DNA from: Squalus acanthias
Taxonomy: Eukaryota
Direction: 5' to 3'
Assembly (NCBI GenBank): GCA_030390025.1
Contig: CM059438.1
Location: 63,614,001 to 63,678,000, forward strand
Length of the DNA stretch: 64,000 nucleotides
Shown: positions 25,432-37,016 of the stretch, one piece after another
Numbering within the stretch: the stretch's first letter is position 1
Layout of the letters: every line of letters begins with the position of its first letter
The notes under the pieces: generated by a model
Told to the model about the DNA's origin: nothing
The model's database searches: none
What the model saw: the letters and a program-made list of their open reading frames with translations, nothing else
Program-made: the position numbers and the translations under genes

Positions 25432-26174
25432 GGGCTGGGTTTTGCCAATGGGGAGCTTTTGGAGGCGGGACTCCCACTTGTCGGGTTTTAGTCCCGCCTC
25501 CATCGACTTCTGGCCAACCCACGCTATTTTTCCTTGATTGACCTTGTTAAGCCCGCCCAGCAGGCCATGTGACGCTGTCGAACACAGACGTTCTCTGTTG
25601 TTCGATGAGTCCTTGTATTCAAGACTCATCAAACCTATCTGCTGAGCAGAAATCAGATGGCTGTTGTATCGGAGAATGCAGCAGCCATCTGCCATCTCTG
25701 CTGGTGAGATGCGGGAGTCTTCGGTTCCCCAACTGTTGAAGCCTGCGGGAAGAAACAAAGGTAAGTAAACATTTTCTATCACTTTACACTCACCTCACAC
25801 ACTTACCTCTCCACACTTGCACCCATCACTCACCTCCACAGCGCACTTTTGGACCCCTCCGACCCCCTCCGACCCACTGCTCGCCTCGCTGACCCTGGCG
25901 GGGTTTCCCGACGTCGGGAAGCCCACACTTGCAGGGGTAAAATGGGGATAATCCTCTTAACTGCCTGTTAACTACCGTTAACAGGCAGTTAAGTGGCTGT
26001 AATCCCCTTCCCGCCTTAGGGAGGCGGCTCCCAGCACGGGTCGGGTACCCGCCTCCTGGGAAGAGGGCATGGAGGCGGGTTGGGGGCGGGATGGGCACCC
26101 GCCCCCAGATTCTGCCATTTTCCTGGCAGTCCTGCCTCCAAACCCGTCTCCCCAGGGCTGGCAAAATTCCCCCC
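25432..26174. mobile_element. Harbinger-like MITE, TSD AAT
   Basis: TIR GGGCTGGGTTTTGCCA/TGGCAAAATTCCCCCC; reverse-orientation relative of 14471-15245. Confidence 0.85.
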
Positions 26175-27057
26175 AATGAATCTATTACAACTGAAGTTTG
26201 AATAATAATCGGCTTGGGTCAGTGTTCAAGGAGTTGAGGTAATACTCTGGGAGCTTCAGCTGTCAGAGAGTCATTTTACAAACAGGTATTGACGCTGGGC
26301 ATATTTTTGTCGCAGTCTCCATCAGTATACGTTCATACAGTTCCTTCCCGTTCCTTTGAGTCGATCTCACACATGCCTCCCAATTTAAACAACATTATTT
26401 CTAAATTAACCCTTTTTCCTGCAAATCTGCTGTAAAAATGAACTGTCAGAAATAACGATTACAAACTAAAAATGACTTTTACTTGAATCTCAGCAGTTGA
26501 AACAATTTTTCACTATTTCCTAAAACAAATGACAGCATAGTGGTTGAACTCCATTATGGCACGGTACTGTAAGGGGGGCTGTTTATAGAATTCTATTTTA
26601 AGCTTCAGTTGAGCGCTGCATACTCTCAGGTTAGTTCTGGAATGGTTTCCAATCAGTGCAGAGGCAAATCTTATTTAAACTGGTGTTGAATATACTTGAA
26701 GTAATTGACGGCTCGATAGACCAGAGAGCTGGACTGCTGACAGAAGCTGATCTTATATTGTGCTTAGACCCTTGCTCGTGGCACCTGCTTCCAGTGTGCT
26801 GATCTTGCTGGCTGCAACCCAAAAGTAAAGATTTGCTAAGGTTTTTATACCAGATCTTTGTTTTAAGTTTGTTCTCTGGCTGTGGCCGGCGCTTGCAAGG
26901 CCAGCATTTATTGCCCATCCCTAGTTGTCTTGAGATGGTGGTGGTGGGTCTTCTTGAACCACCGCAGTCCTTGTGGTGATGGTGCTCCACCAGTGCAGTT
27001 CGGTAGGAGTTCCAGGATAGTGACCTGGTGACAATGCGTGAGTCAGGCTGTGTGTGA

Positions 27058-27591
27058 CATTGGCAGGATAGGCGCACCGACGTCAGTGTTCTCGCTCAGG
27101 CCAACATCCCCAGCATCGAAGTTTTGACCACGCTCGATCAGCTCCGATGGATGGGCCACATCGTCCGCATGCCCGATATGAGACTCCCAAAAGAAGCGCT
27201 CTACTCGGAGCTCCGACACGGCGAGAGAGCTCCAGGTGGGCAGAGGAAACGCTTCAAGAACAGCCTCAAAACCTCCTTGAAAAAGTGCAACATCCCCACC
27301 GACTTTTGGGAATCCCTGGCCCAAGACCACACAAAGTGGAGGAGAAGCATCCGGGAAGGCGCCGAACACCTCGAGTCTCTTCGCCGGGAGCAAGCGGAAG
27401 CCAAGCTCAAACAGCGCAAGGAGCGCGCGCCAACCCAAGCACCCCACCCACCCGTCCCTTCAACCACTGTCTGCCCCACCTGTGACAGAGACTGTAGGTC
27501 CTACATTGGACTCATCAGTCACCTGAGAACTCATTTTTAATGTGGAAGCAAGTCATCCTCGGTTCCGAGGGACTGCCTAAGAAGAAGAAGA
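27058..27591 (+). mobile_element. RTE-clade LINE 3' fragment
   Basis: QLRWMGHIVRMPDMRLPK..GGQRKRFK, C-terminal CPTC..HLRTH finger, (AAG)n tail. Confidence 0.9.
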
Positions 27592-27951
27592 CTTGGACGG
27601 GATCTTGAAGGTGTTCCCACGACATTGTTTGGGAGGGAGGTGCTGTTGAAGTAACTTTGGTGAGTTTATACAAAGTGCAGCCACAGTGCTTTGATGGCGG
27701 AAAGGGTGGATATTAATCCCAGTGGCAAAGGGTTTTAATCGAGCTCTTTGCTCTGTCCTGGATGAAGTCAAGTGTTGTTTGGATACATCCATTCAGGCAA
27801 GTGGTGAGTATTCCATCATGCTCCTGACTTGAGCCTTGTAGATGGTGGAGAGGCATTGAGGGGTCAGGAGATGTGCCACTTGTTGTGGAGTGTCCATCCC
27901 CAGCCTTGATCTTGTGGCAGTAGTGTTGACATGGCTGGTCCAGTTCATCTC

Positions 27952-28345
27952 CTAGCTCAGTGGTATCACTCTTGTTTCTGAGTCAGAAGGTTGTGAGTCT
28001 AAATCCCACGCCAGGATTTGAGCACCTAACGTCGGCTGACACTTCAGAGCTGTACTGTGCTGTTGGGGTGGTGCCATCTTTTGGATGAGATGAGAGACCC
28101 TGTTTGCCCTCTCAGCTGGATGTAAAATATCCCACGGCACTATTGAAAAAGGAGCAGGGTAGTTCTCCCTGGTGTCTTGGCCAACAGTTACCAATAAAAT
28201 GGATTATGTGGTCATTATTTCATTGCAGTTTGTGGGAACTTGCTGTGCATAAATTGGTTGACGCATTTCCCTACATTCCAACAGTGACTGCACTTCAAAA
28301 GTACTTCATTTGCCGTGAAGCATTTTGGGACACCCTGAGGTCATG
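27952..28345 (+). mobile_element. Deu-domain SINE (degenerate)
   Basis: Head, core and tail similarity to 24030-24435. Confidence 0.75.
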
Positions 28346-29100
28346 AAAACCCCAATATAACTACAGGCTCTTTCTTAATGGTGACCCCCAAAATATTGAT
28401 GGTAGGGGACTTGGCGATGGTGAAGTCAGGAGCGGGGAGGGCTGGCTTTCTCTTAGACAAAATGGCCATGACTCTGCACTTATGTGGTGTGAATGTTACT
28501 TGCCACTTGTCAGCCCAAGCCTGGATGTTGTCCAAGTCCTGCTATAGGCTGGCATGGACTGCTTCATTATCGGAGGAGTTGCAAACGGAACTGAACACTC
28601 TGGAATTTCAGCAAACAGCCCTCCTCCTGACCTTATGACGGTGGAAAAGCTTTCGTGAAACCCGGCAAGTTTCCTTTTGGATTGCGATTGTTTGCAAGAG
28701 ACCTCTGGCAATGGCCTGGCACAATATAAAATCAGCTAGATTTTACCAGTTGGAGAGCGTATCATGCAGCCATTACTTTACAGTGTGCCTCCTGATGACA
28801 ATCATGACTTTGGGGGCAGCACTGTAAGAGAAACAAGGGACTTGGGGAAACTCTGAGACTTAACTACAGAGGTGGGTTTTGAATAGCACCATTGCAAATG
28901 GTGCTGGCACCGGCAATATAAACACCTTAGTTCTCTGGCCACTGGTGGGCTGAATAGCTTGATACACATAAGTAGATTTGCACTCAGTGGCATGTGTACT
29001 GATCTCACCTGCTATTTGTAAAGGTAATGAGGTTGTGCCTTGCAACTTTAAAACAACTGTTCTTTTTTTCCTGCTGTTGCGATGCTGTGGAAAACACATT

Positions 29101-29862
29101 GGCCCAGAAATTCGCCTCTCCGGCTTGCCGCGGGGGTAAGGATCGCGCGCGCACTTACCTACCGCGCCTGCCGTTGTGTTTTGGGCCCACGGGGACTTCA
29201 GCTCCTGGTCCTGCTCCAAGTGCCGGCGCGCAGTGCTTGCGTGTCTCAGGGGCGTAGTTAGTGCGATGCGTCCCCTGGGATCACGTGGGCCATGGAGAGC
29301 CAATGGCAGCAGACCATCTTTCATTCATAGATTTGACAGGAAGAGCTGTCAAATCTGTGAATTGAAATTGGCTCCAAAAGAACAGCTAAACTTAAAATAA
29401 ATTTTAAAAAAACCATCATATTTATAAAATAACTATAGTTAAATAAATTAACCACTTTAAACAAAAATTTAAATTTTTGAAAAAATAAAATACTTTTTAA
29501 AAGTGATAAAAATAAACTTACCTTTCTTTAAAGTATCTAAAAAAGATAAACCTGTTGAAATTTTTTTTAAATTATACTTAATTAACCACTTACCTTGTTG
29601 AAAACGGGTCCTGCGCCTCCTTTTTATAAGCGTAGGTTCTTCAATACTTACCCTCCCGTAGAAACCTGAAAAAAATCTAAGTTCGCTGTGTGCGCGCAGC
29701 CTCTACCGCGCACGCGGTTCACCTAGGAACCGCCCCCTTCACCATACCGGAAGTTCCGGTTTCCCGCGCATGTGCAGTGCATGCAGGAAACCAGCACTAC
29801 GGGACGCATTACGGGTGAGTACGGACTGTGTACTCACCCAGGAAGGGCCGAATTTTTGGCCC
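29101..29862. mobile_element. Harbinger-like MITE with AT-rich centre
   Basis: TIR GGCCCAGAAATTCG/CGAATTTTTGGCCC; flanks ATT/CTT. Confidence 0.75.
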
Positions 29863-29904
29863 CTTGCAATTTAAACTGGTCGGTTTTTACATGATATTTG
29901 ACAA

Positions 29905-30195
29905 TTTTTAAAAATTTATTCTCAGGATGTGGGCATTGCTGGCAAGGCCGGCATTTATTGCCCATCCCTAGTTGTCCCGAAAAGGTGGTGGTAGGCCTTC
30001 TTCTTTGTAGTAGTTTGATACAACTGAGTGGTTTGCTAGGCCACTTCAGAGGGCAGTTAAGAGTCAACCACGCTAGTGTGGGACTGGAGTCACATAGCGG
30101 CCAGACCGAGTTAGCATGGTAGGTTTCTTTCCCCAAAGGACATTAGTGAACCAGTTTGGGTTTTTATGACAATCCGACAGTTTCATGGTCACTTT
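29905..30195 (-). mobile_element. SINE (MetaSINE-like core, tentative), 5'-truncated
   Basis: Reverse complement of 53530-53785. Confidence 0.75.
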
Positions 30196-32143
30196 GCACA
30201 CCACAACTGAAGTGGGCCACTTGAATAGCCCATTATATAATCTACTTATTCTTGCTGGATGTGATTTCAACTCCAGTTCACTGTAAGGTGAACCCATACC
30301 ACAAAATACCCTGAATTTAGCATAAAAATAGCAATCTCACTTGGAGAGGCTGTAACAAAGGCTGCTTTGGGAAGTGAAAAATGCCACATTGCTGCAGTAG
30401 GCAATGCACTTCCATGGCTGTAAGTAAGGAATACTTAGGTCTAAGGAGACAGAACCTCAATCTGCTTGATGCTGACACTTGAGTACCTGAAATGGGAAAG
30501 TGTTCCATTCTCCAGAGCCAACACCGCTCCCTAAATAGTTTTTGAAGGTATTTGGCTTCTTATGTACCTTTCTGTTCTTGTGCCACAACATACTGTTGCC
30601 TGCATTGTACTGGCAATGGGTTAATATAAACTATACGCAACACCACACAGTATTAATCGGCACGTTGAAAATCGCGCTTCAATGAATCTTCAGATCAATC
30701 TGACCTAAAATTCCTATTCATGCAAGAATATTTCAAGGAGCAGGTAGACACTCAGCCAAGTTCTTTGACAGATGTGTGTTGTTTGTTATTAATGAGCAGA
30801 GAAAGATGGAATATAAAGTCAACTTTCATGTCAGCTTTCATGGCTCCGCTGTGCCCTCGGGCTCCACCATTACCCTCTCACCCTGTGTTATATCCTCCTT
30901 GCTTACCCTCCCTTTCGATCTGTTTACAAAGTTCGTCCAGCCTCCAGTTCATTTCAAGGACAGAATCCTGTAATTTGTTGAGAATGAGTGTAAAAATTAC
31001 AGCCACCCCACATTCACCCTCATTCATTTGTGACTAATGGCTTTCTTAATGATTCCAATTTGTTTCACAGATTGAGCAAGCACAGCGGCAACTAATGTCC
31101 TAAACCTCATTAGCATGAAGTATGCGAGATTATTTGAATAAAAAAGTAATAACCGAGAAACACTTGAACTGATCCACATAACACATTTGAATAAACGGGC
31201 CATCAGTGTCAGCAGAGGGACAAACATTACTTGTCTTCCTACTTACCTTCTGGGACAATTGCAAGCTTTATGCCATTCACAAAGATGAGCATTGAGCTGA
31301 ACTGAGAACTTCAAGTGATCAAGACCGGGTCAGATTTGGGTAATTCTTGTAACATCTCAGTTGGTCCTAATTAAGAAGCACTTAGGTTTGGGCCTTTCTG
31401 TGTTGGGTCTGTCTTTTCCTTACGTTTTTCCTACATTACAACAGTGACTAGACTTCAAGAGTACTTAATTGTTTGTAAAGCGCTTTGGGACATCCTGAGG
31501 TCGTGAAAGGCGCTATATAAATGCAATTTCTTTCTTTCTTTAAGTTACTTGTTTTTTGACAAACGAGACGGAAAGAATATACTTTTAAACCATGCAATCA
31601 TTGAAGTCTTGCTAAAAATGTCCTCGCCATGGAAATATGAACTGCCTTTTTCAATGCATGGGGTGAAATCTCTACCCTCGAGTTCCCCTATGTCTGTGGC
31701 TGTGTCGCGCTAACAAGTCCCATCATGAGTTCTGAAAGGGTTAGAAGGTTTTCAGAATAGTGTAGACACAGATGATCAACTACTTAATGGGACATTGCGA
31801 CTCCCGTCCAGTAGGGACCATGGGAATGTCATCCGCGGCATGCTGTGGAGGTTGAATAATAGACTGGTGTTCCTTGTGCTGGATTTATTAAAGCTGCTGT
31901 TGGCTGCAGCCCTGACACTGTAGATTAGACTGACTTCACCTCTCTGTCATCAGAGCGTCACCTCAGGAGGTGGTTTTTGCATTGCTGGCATGTCCGGCCT
32001 TCCCCAGCGCCAGAGAAAATCTGCAGCCCAGCGGGCGCAGAGTTGCTTTTGTGTTGCTGCCAGTGCTCAGCCGGCAATGTGTCAATCGAATGGATTCCCA
32101 AGCACCAGGAGCCGACACGCATGGAGCTGCTTCCATATAACTG

Positions 32144-32574
32144 AGACACACGACAACGCAAAATCATCGAGCAGAAATTGATAGCCAAGTTCCACACCCA
32201 TGAGGACGGCCTCAACCGGGATCTCGGTTTCATGTCACGCTACAGGACATGACTCAACGTCATTGTCTGGTTCACAGATGTGATTTCCAGTTTAAAAAAA
32301 AAAGTAAAGAGCTTAACTGCAGACTGCAGCATTTGACACGTTGGACCCCCTGTGGCCCCACCTCATTGTCTTAGCTGTACTCTGCTGTGTCTTTGATGTA
32401 ATGCCTCCCTGACGGATTGTATCTCTGCAGACACATTGTTCTCTGTCTATATATACTTTGTAACCGATTTGTATTCCCTCACTTTACCTGACGAAGGAGC
32501 AGAGCTCCGAAAGCTCGTAATTTCAAATAAAACTGTTGGACTATAACCTGGTGTTGTGCGACTTCTCATTTTTG
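32144..32574 (+). mobile_element. Penelope-like element family A, 3' fragment
   Basis: RKIIEQKLIAKFHTHEDGLNRD GIY-YIG end, hammerhead motif; 12-bp TSD TCCATATAACTG. Confidence 0.88.
32484..32520 (+). ncRNA. Minimal hammerhead ribozyme motif (family A)
   Basis: TTAC-CTGACGA-A-GGAGC-AGA-GCTCC-GAAAG-CTC-GTAA. Confidence 0.8.
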
Positions 32575-33040
32575 TCCATATAACTGGCCATCAGATCGAT
32601 CGCATGCGTGAGCTGGGGAGAAATTTCCGACTTTTCTCTTCCTGGGAAATTTTCCGTGTGGTTATTAACCTCAGGAAGTTAAATTAATTAGGGGCGTCTG
32701 ACAGAGGGTGTGGACTTGATATGAAATGATCTTTTCTTGCTCTCCACATTTTGTGTGTTTTTGTAAGAAAGGTAACTGGTCAGTTTAATTTTTTGTACTT
32801 TTTAAAAAATCTGGTAGCGTGGACATACCCGGGTGATCAACTATTTTGCCAACTGTATCAAAAAAGTTACAAAATAGATATCAAGGTGAATTGTCACAGC
32901 TAACAACTGGCGTAGATACCGACTCCAGGAACAACACCATCTGGTGTTCAGGCTGAGCAATTACTTATATAGCTTCGGATGTTTATATAACATCCACCAT
33001 TGAGCCGGCAGTGAGAGGGTCAGCAAACAATGGTTTAAAG

Positions 33041-33139
33041 GAATAAAAACAGAAAATGCTGGAAATACTCAGCAAGTCAGGCAGCATCTGTGGAGAGAGA
33101 AACAGAGTTAACGTTTCAAGTCTGTGACCCTTCGTTCTG
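33041..33139 (-). repeat. Left arm of family B fold-back
   Basis: Inverted complement of 36679-36762. Confidence 0.75.
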
Positions 33140-33604
33140 AGTTTCTGTGGCCACAACCGAGATTCCAGGATGGTATGTTGCCTCCCTGGTGCAAGGGTCA
33201 AGGATGTCTCGGAGCGGCTGTAGAACATTCTGGAAAGGGAGGGTGAAGAGCCAGCTGTCGTGGTGCATGTAGGTACCAACGATATAGGTAAAAAGCGGGA
33301 AGAGGTCCTACAAGCAGAATTTAGGGAGCTAGGAGCTAAATTGAAAAGTAGGACCTCAAAGGTAGTAATCTCTGGGTTGCTACCAGTGCCACGTGCTAAT
33401 CAGAGTAGCATGAACAGGATAGCGAGATTAAATACGTGGCTTGAGCAGTGGTGCAGGAGGGAAGGATTCAAATACCTGAGGCATTGGAACCAGTTCTGGG
33501 GGAAGTGGGACCTGTACAAAAGGGACGGTCTGCACTTGGGCAGGACTGGAACCGATGTCCTCGGGGTAATATTTGCTAAGGCAGTTCGGGAGGATTTAAA
33601 CTAA
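33140..33604 (+). pseudogene. CR1 ORF1 C-terminal SGNH/GDSL esterase-like domain
   Basis: CLPGA, VHVGTND, DGLHL motifs; in-frame TAG at 33221-33223. Confidence 0.85.
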
Positions 33605-33651
33605 TATGGCAGGGGAATGGGAACCTATGTAGCGAAACAGGGGGAAGTAAT

Positions 33652-36579
33652 ATGCAGTCAGAAACAAATGTTAGAAGGGTGAGAAACAATAAGGGAAATC
33701 CGAGTAAACAAAGGCAAGAAACACAAAGGGCCATACTAAATCATAAGTCTAAAAGGACAAAGGGTGTTAATAAAACAAGCCTAAAGGCTCTGTGTCTTAA
33801 TGCAAGGAGTATCCGTAATAAGGTGGATGAATTGACTGTGCAAATTGATGTTAACGGATACGATGTGATTGGGATTACAGAGACGTGGCTCCAGAACAAT
33901 CAAGGCTGGGAACTGAATATTCAGGGGTATTCAACATTCAGGAAGGATAGAATAAAAGGAAAAGGGGGTGGGGTAGCATTGCTGGTTAAAAAGGAGATTA
34001 ATGCAATAGCTAGGAAGGACATTAGCTTGGAGGATGTGGAATCAATATGGGTTGAGCTGCAGAACACCAAAGGGCAGAAAACGTTAGTGGGGGTTGTGTA
34101 CAGACCTCCAAACAGTAGTAGTGAGGTGGGGGAGGGTATGAAACAGGAAATCAGAGGTGCATGCAAAAAAGGCGCAGCAGTTATCATGGGTGACTTTAAT
34201 ATGCATATAGATTGGGCTACTCAAACTGGAAGCAATACGGTGGAGGAGGATTTCCTGGAGTGTTTAAGGGATGGTTTCCTAAACCAATATGTTGAGGAAC
34301 CAACTAGAGGGGAGGCCATCCTGGACTGGGTGTTGTGTAATGAGGAAGGACTAATCAGCAATCTTGTGGTGCGAGACCCCTTGGGGAAGAGTGACCATAG
34401 TATGGTGGAGTTCTACATTAGGATGGAGAAGGAAACAGTTAATTCAGAGACCATGGTCCAGAACTTAAATAAGGGCAACTTTGAGGGTATGAGGCGTGAA
34501 TTGGCGAGGTTAGATTGGCAAGCGATATTTAAGGGATTATCAGTGGAGGGGCAATGGCAGACATTTAGAGATCGCATGGATGAACTACAGCAATTGTACA
34601 TCCCTGTCTGGCGTAAAAATAAAAAAGGGAAGGTGGCTCAACCATGGCTAACAAGGGAAATCAGGGATAGTATTAAAAGCAAGGAAGTGGCATACAAATT
34701 GGCCAGAAGTAGCAGCAAACCCGGGGACTGGGAGAACTTTAAAACTCAGCAGAGGAGGACGAAGAGTTTGATTAGGGCAGGGAAAATAAAATATGAAAGG
34801 AAGCTTGCAGAGAACATTAAAACAGACTGCAAAAGCTTCTATAAATATGTAAAAAGAAAGAGGTTAGTAAAAACAAACGTAGGTCCCCTGCAGTCGGAAA
34901 CAGGGGAAGTCGTAATGGGGAACAAGGAAATGGCAGATCAATTGAACAAGTACTTTGGTTCGGTGTTTACTGTGGAGGACACAAACAACCTTCCGGAAAT
35001 AAAAGAGATCAAAGGATCTGGTAAGAGGGAGGAGCTGAGGGAAATCCTTATCAGTCGGGAAAAGGTGTTGGGGAAATTGATGGGACTGAAGGCTGATAAA
35101 TCCCCAGGGCCTGATGGTCTGCATCCCAGAGTACTTAAGGAGGTGGCCTTGGAAATAGTGGATGCATTGACGATCATTTTCCAACATTCCTTAGACTCTG
35201 GATCAGTTCCGAAGGAGTGGAGGGTGGCTAATGTAACCCCTCTTTTTAAAAAAGGAGGGAGGGAGAAAGCAGGAAATTATAGCCTGACATCGGTGGTGGG
35301 TAAAATGATGGAATCAATTATTAAAGATGTCATAACAAACCATTTGGAAAGTGGCGACATGATAGGTCCAAGTCAGCATGGATTTGTGAAAGGGAAATCA
35401 TGCTTGACAAATCTTCTGGAATTTTTTGAGGATGTTTCCAATAGGGTGGACGGGGGGGAACCAGTAGATGTGGTGTATTTGGACTTTCAGAAGGCCTTCG
35501 ACAAGGTCCCACACAAGAGATTGGTGTGCAAAGTTAAAGCACATGGGATTGGGGGTAATGTGTTGACGTGGATTGAGAACTGGTTGGCACACAGGAAACA
35601 AAGAGTAGGAGTAAATGGGTACTTTTCAGAATGGCAGGCAGTGACCAGCGGGGTACCGCAGGGTTCAGTGCTGGGGCCCCAGCTGTTTACATTATATATT
35701 AATGATTTGGACGAAGGGATTAATTGTAATATCTCCAAATTTGCGGATGACACTAAATTGGGAGGCAGTGTGAACAATGAGGAGGATGTTAGGAGGCTAC
35801 AGAGTGACTTGGACAGGTTGGGTGAATGGGCAAATGTATGGCAGATGAAGTACAATGTGGATAAATGTGAGGTTATCCACTTTGGTGGTAAAAATAGGGA
35901 GGCAGACTATTACCTGAATGGTGGCAGATTAGGGAAAGGGGAGGTGCAACGAGACCTGGGCGTCATGGTACATCAGTCACTGAAGGTGGGCAGGCAAGTG
36001 CAGCAGGCAGTCAAGAAAGCAAATGGCATGATGGCCTTCATAGCAAGGGGATTTGAGTACAGGAGTAGGGAGGTGATGCTACAGTTGTACAGGGCCTTGG
36101 TGAGGCCACACCTGGAGTATTGTGTGCAGTTTTGGTCTCCTAACTTGAGGAAGGACATTCTTGCTATTGAGGGAGTGCAACGAAGGTTCACTAGATTGAT
36201 TCCTGGGATGGCCAGACTGACATATCAAGAAAGACTGGATCAACTGAACTTGTATCCTCTGGAGTTCAGAAGAATGAGGGGGGATCTTATAGAGACGTTT
36301 AAAATCCTGACTGGTTTAGACAAATTAGATGCGGGCAGAATGTTTCCAATGTTAGGGAAAACTAAAACCAGGGGTCACAGTCTAAGGATAAAGGGGAAGC
36401 CATTTAAGACTGAGATGAGGAGGAACTTCTTCACCCAGAGAGTGGTGAACCTGTGGAATTCTCTACCACAGAAGGTTGTTGAGGCCAGTTCGCTAAATAT
36501 ATTCAAAAGGGAGTTAGATATAATACTCACAACTAGGGGGATCAACGGGTATGGCGAGAAAGCAGGAATGGGGTACTGA
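33652..36579 (+). CDS. CR1 ORF2: APE endonuclease + reverse transcriptase, 975 aa
   Basis: NARSI, GITETW, GDFN, SDH; LDFQKAFDKVPH, GVPQGSVLGP, FADD; no stops. Confidence 0.95.
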   Translation: MQSETNVRRVRNNKGNPSKQRQETQRAILNHKSKRTKGVNKTSLKALCLNARSIRNKVDELTVQIDVNGYDVIGITETWLQNNQGWELNIQGYSTFRKDRIKGKGGGVALLVKKEINAIARKDISLEDVESIWVELQNTKGQKTLVGVVYRPPNSSSEVGEGMKQEIRGACKKGAAVIMGDFNMHIDWATQTGSNTVEEDFLECLRDGFLNQYVEEPTRGEAILDWVLCNEEGLISNLVVRDPLGKSDHSMVEFYIRMEKETVNSETMVQNLNKGNFEGMRRELARLDWQAIFKGLSVEGQWQTFRDRMDELQQLYIPVWRKNKKGKVAQPWLTREIRDSIKSKEVAYKLARSSSKPGDWENFKTQQRRTKSLIRAGKIKYERKLAENIKTDCKSFYKYVKRKRLVKTNVGPLQSETGEVVMGNKEMADQLNKYFGSVFTVEDTNNLPEIKEIKGSGKREELREILISREKVLGKLMGLKADKSPGPDGLHPRVLKEVALEIVDALTIIFQHSLDSGSVPKEWRVANVTPLFKKGGREKAGNYSLTSVVGKMMESIIKDVITNHLESGDMIGPSQHGFVKGKSCLTNLLEFFEDVSNRVDGGEPVDVVYLDFQKAFDKVPHKRLVCKVKAHGIGGNVLTWIENWLAHRKQRVGVNGYFSEWQAVTSGVPQGSVLGPQLFTLYINDLDEGINCNISKFADDTKLGGSVNNEEDVRRLQSDLDRLGEWANVWQMKYNVDKCEVIHFGGKNREADYYLNGGRLGKGEVQRDLGVMVHQSLKVGRQVQQAVKKANGMMAFIARGFEYRSREVMLQLYRALVRPHLEYCVQFWSPNLRKDILAIEGVQRRFTRLIPGMARLTYQERLDQLNLYPLEFRRMRGDLIETFKILTGLDKLDAGRMFPMLGKTKTRGHSLRIKGKPFKTEMRRNFFTQRVVNLWNSLPQKVVEASSLNIFKRELDIILTTRGINGYGEKAGMGY

Positions 36580-36678
36580 GGTAGCATGTTCAGCCATGAA
36601 CGCATTAAATGGCGGTGCAGGCTCGAAGGACCAAATGGTCTACTCCTGCACCTATTTTCTATGTTTCTATGTTTCTAT

Positions 36679-36797
36679 GACCTGAAACGTTAACTCTGTT
36701 TCCTCTCTTCACAGATGCTGCCTGACCTGCTGAGTATTTCCAGCATTTTCTGTTTTTATTTCAGATTTCTAGCATCCGCAGTATTTTGCTTTTGTAA
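36679..36797 (+). repeat. Right arm of family B fold-back
   Basis: ACCTGAAACGTTAACTCTG..GTATTTTGCTTTTG, matches 22056-22169. Confidence 0.75.
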
Positions 36798-37016
36798 ATG
36801 TTCTTGTTTTTGAAATACAGCCTAAAGTTGCCTCTTTCTTCATGACTTAAAGAACCAGAGAGGTAAAACTTGGTCTTGATGGCACGTTTCAATGTAGGAG
36901 CCATTTTAATTCAAAGGAGGAGTGCTGAGCCAGACTGAGTTAGAATGTTTTCCTATTGTGTGCAAATTATACACATACATTAGTATACATTAGCATTACA
37001 ATTTGCATAACAGTTG

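Larger units (their letters stand above)
26870..28650 (-). mobile_element. Degenerate LINE (12294 family) interrupted by RTE and Deu-SINE
   Basis: Tail at 26870-26960; DNIQAWADKWQVTFTPHKC peptide at 28341-28535. Confidence 0.65.
33140..36678 (+). mobile_element. CR1 LINE, 5'-truncated within ORF1
   Basis: ORF1 esterase remnant, complete ORF2, 3' UTR, (TTTCTATG)n tail. Confidence 0.96.

Noticed and set aside
33652..36579. Domesticated or novel RT gene, retron or DGR
   Set aside because: Ordinary CR1 ORF2 with ORF1 remnant, 3' UTR and microsatellite tail.
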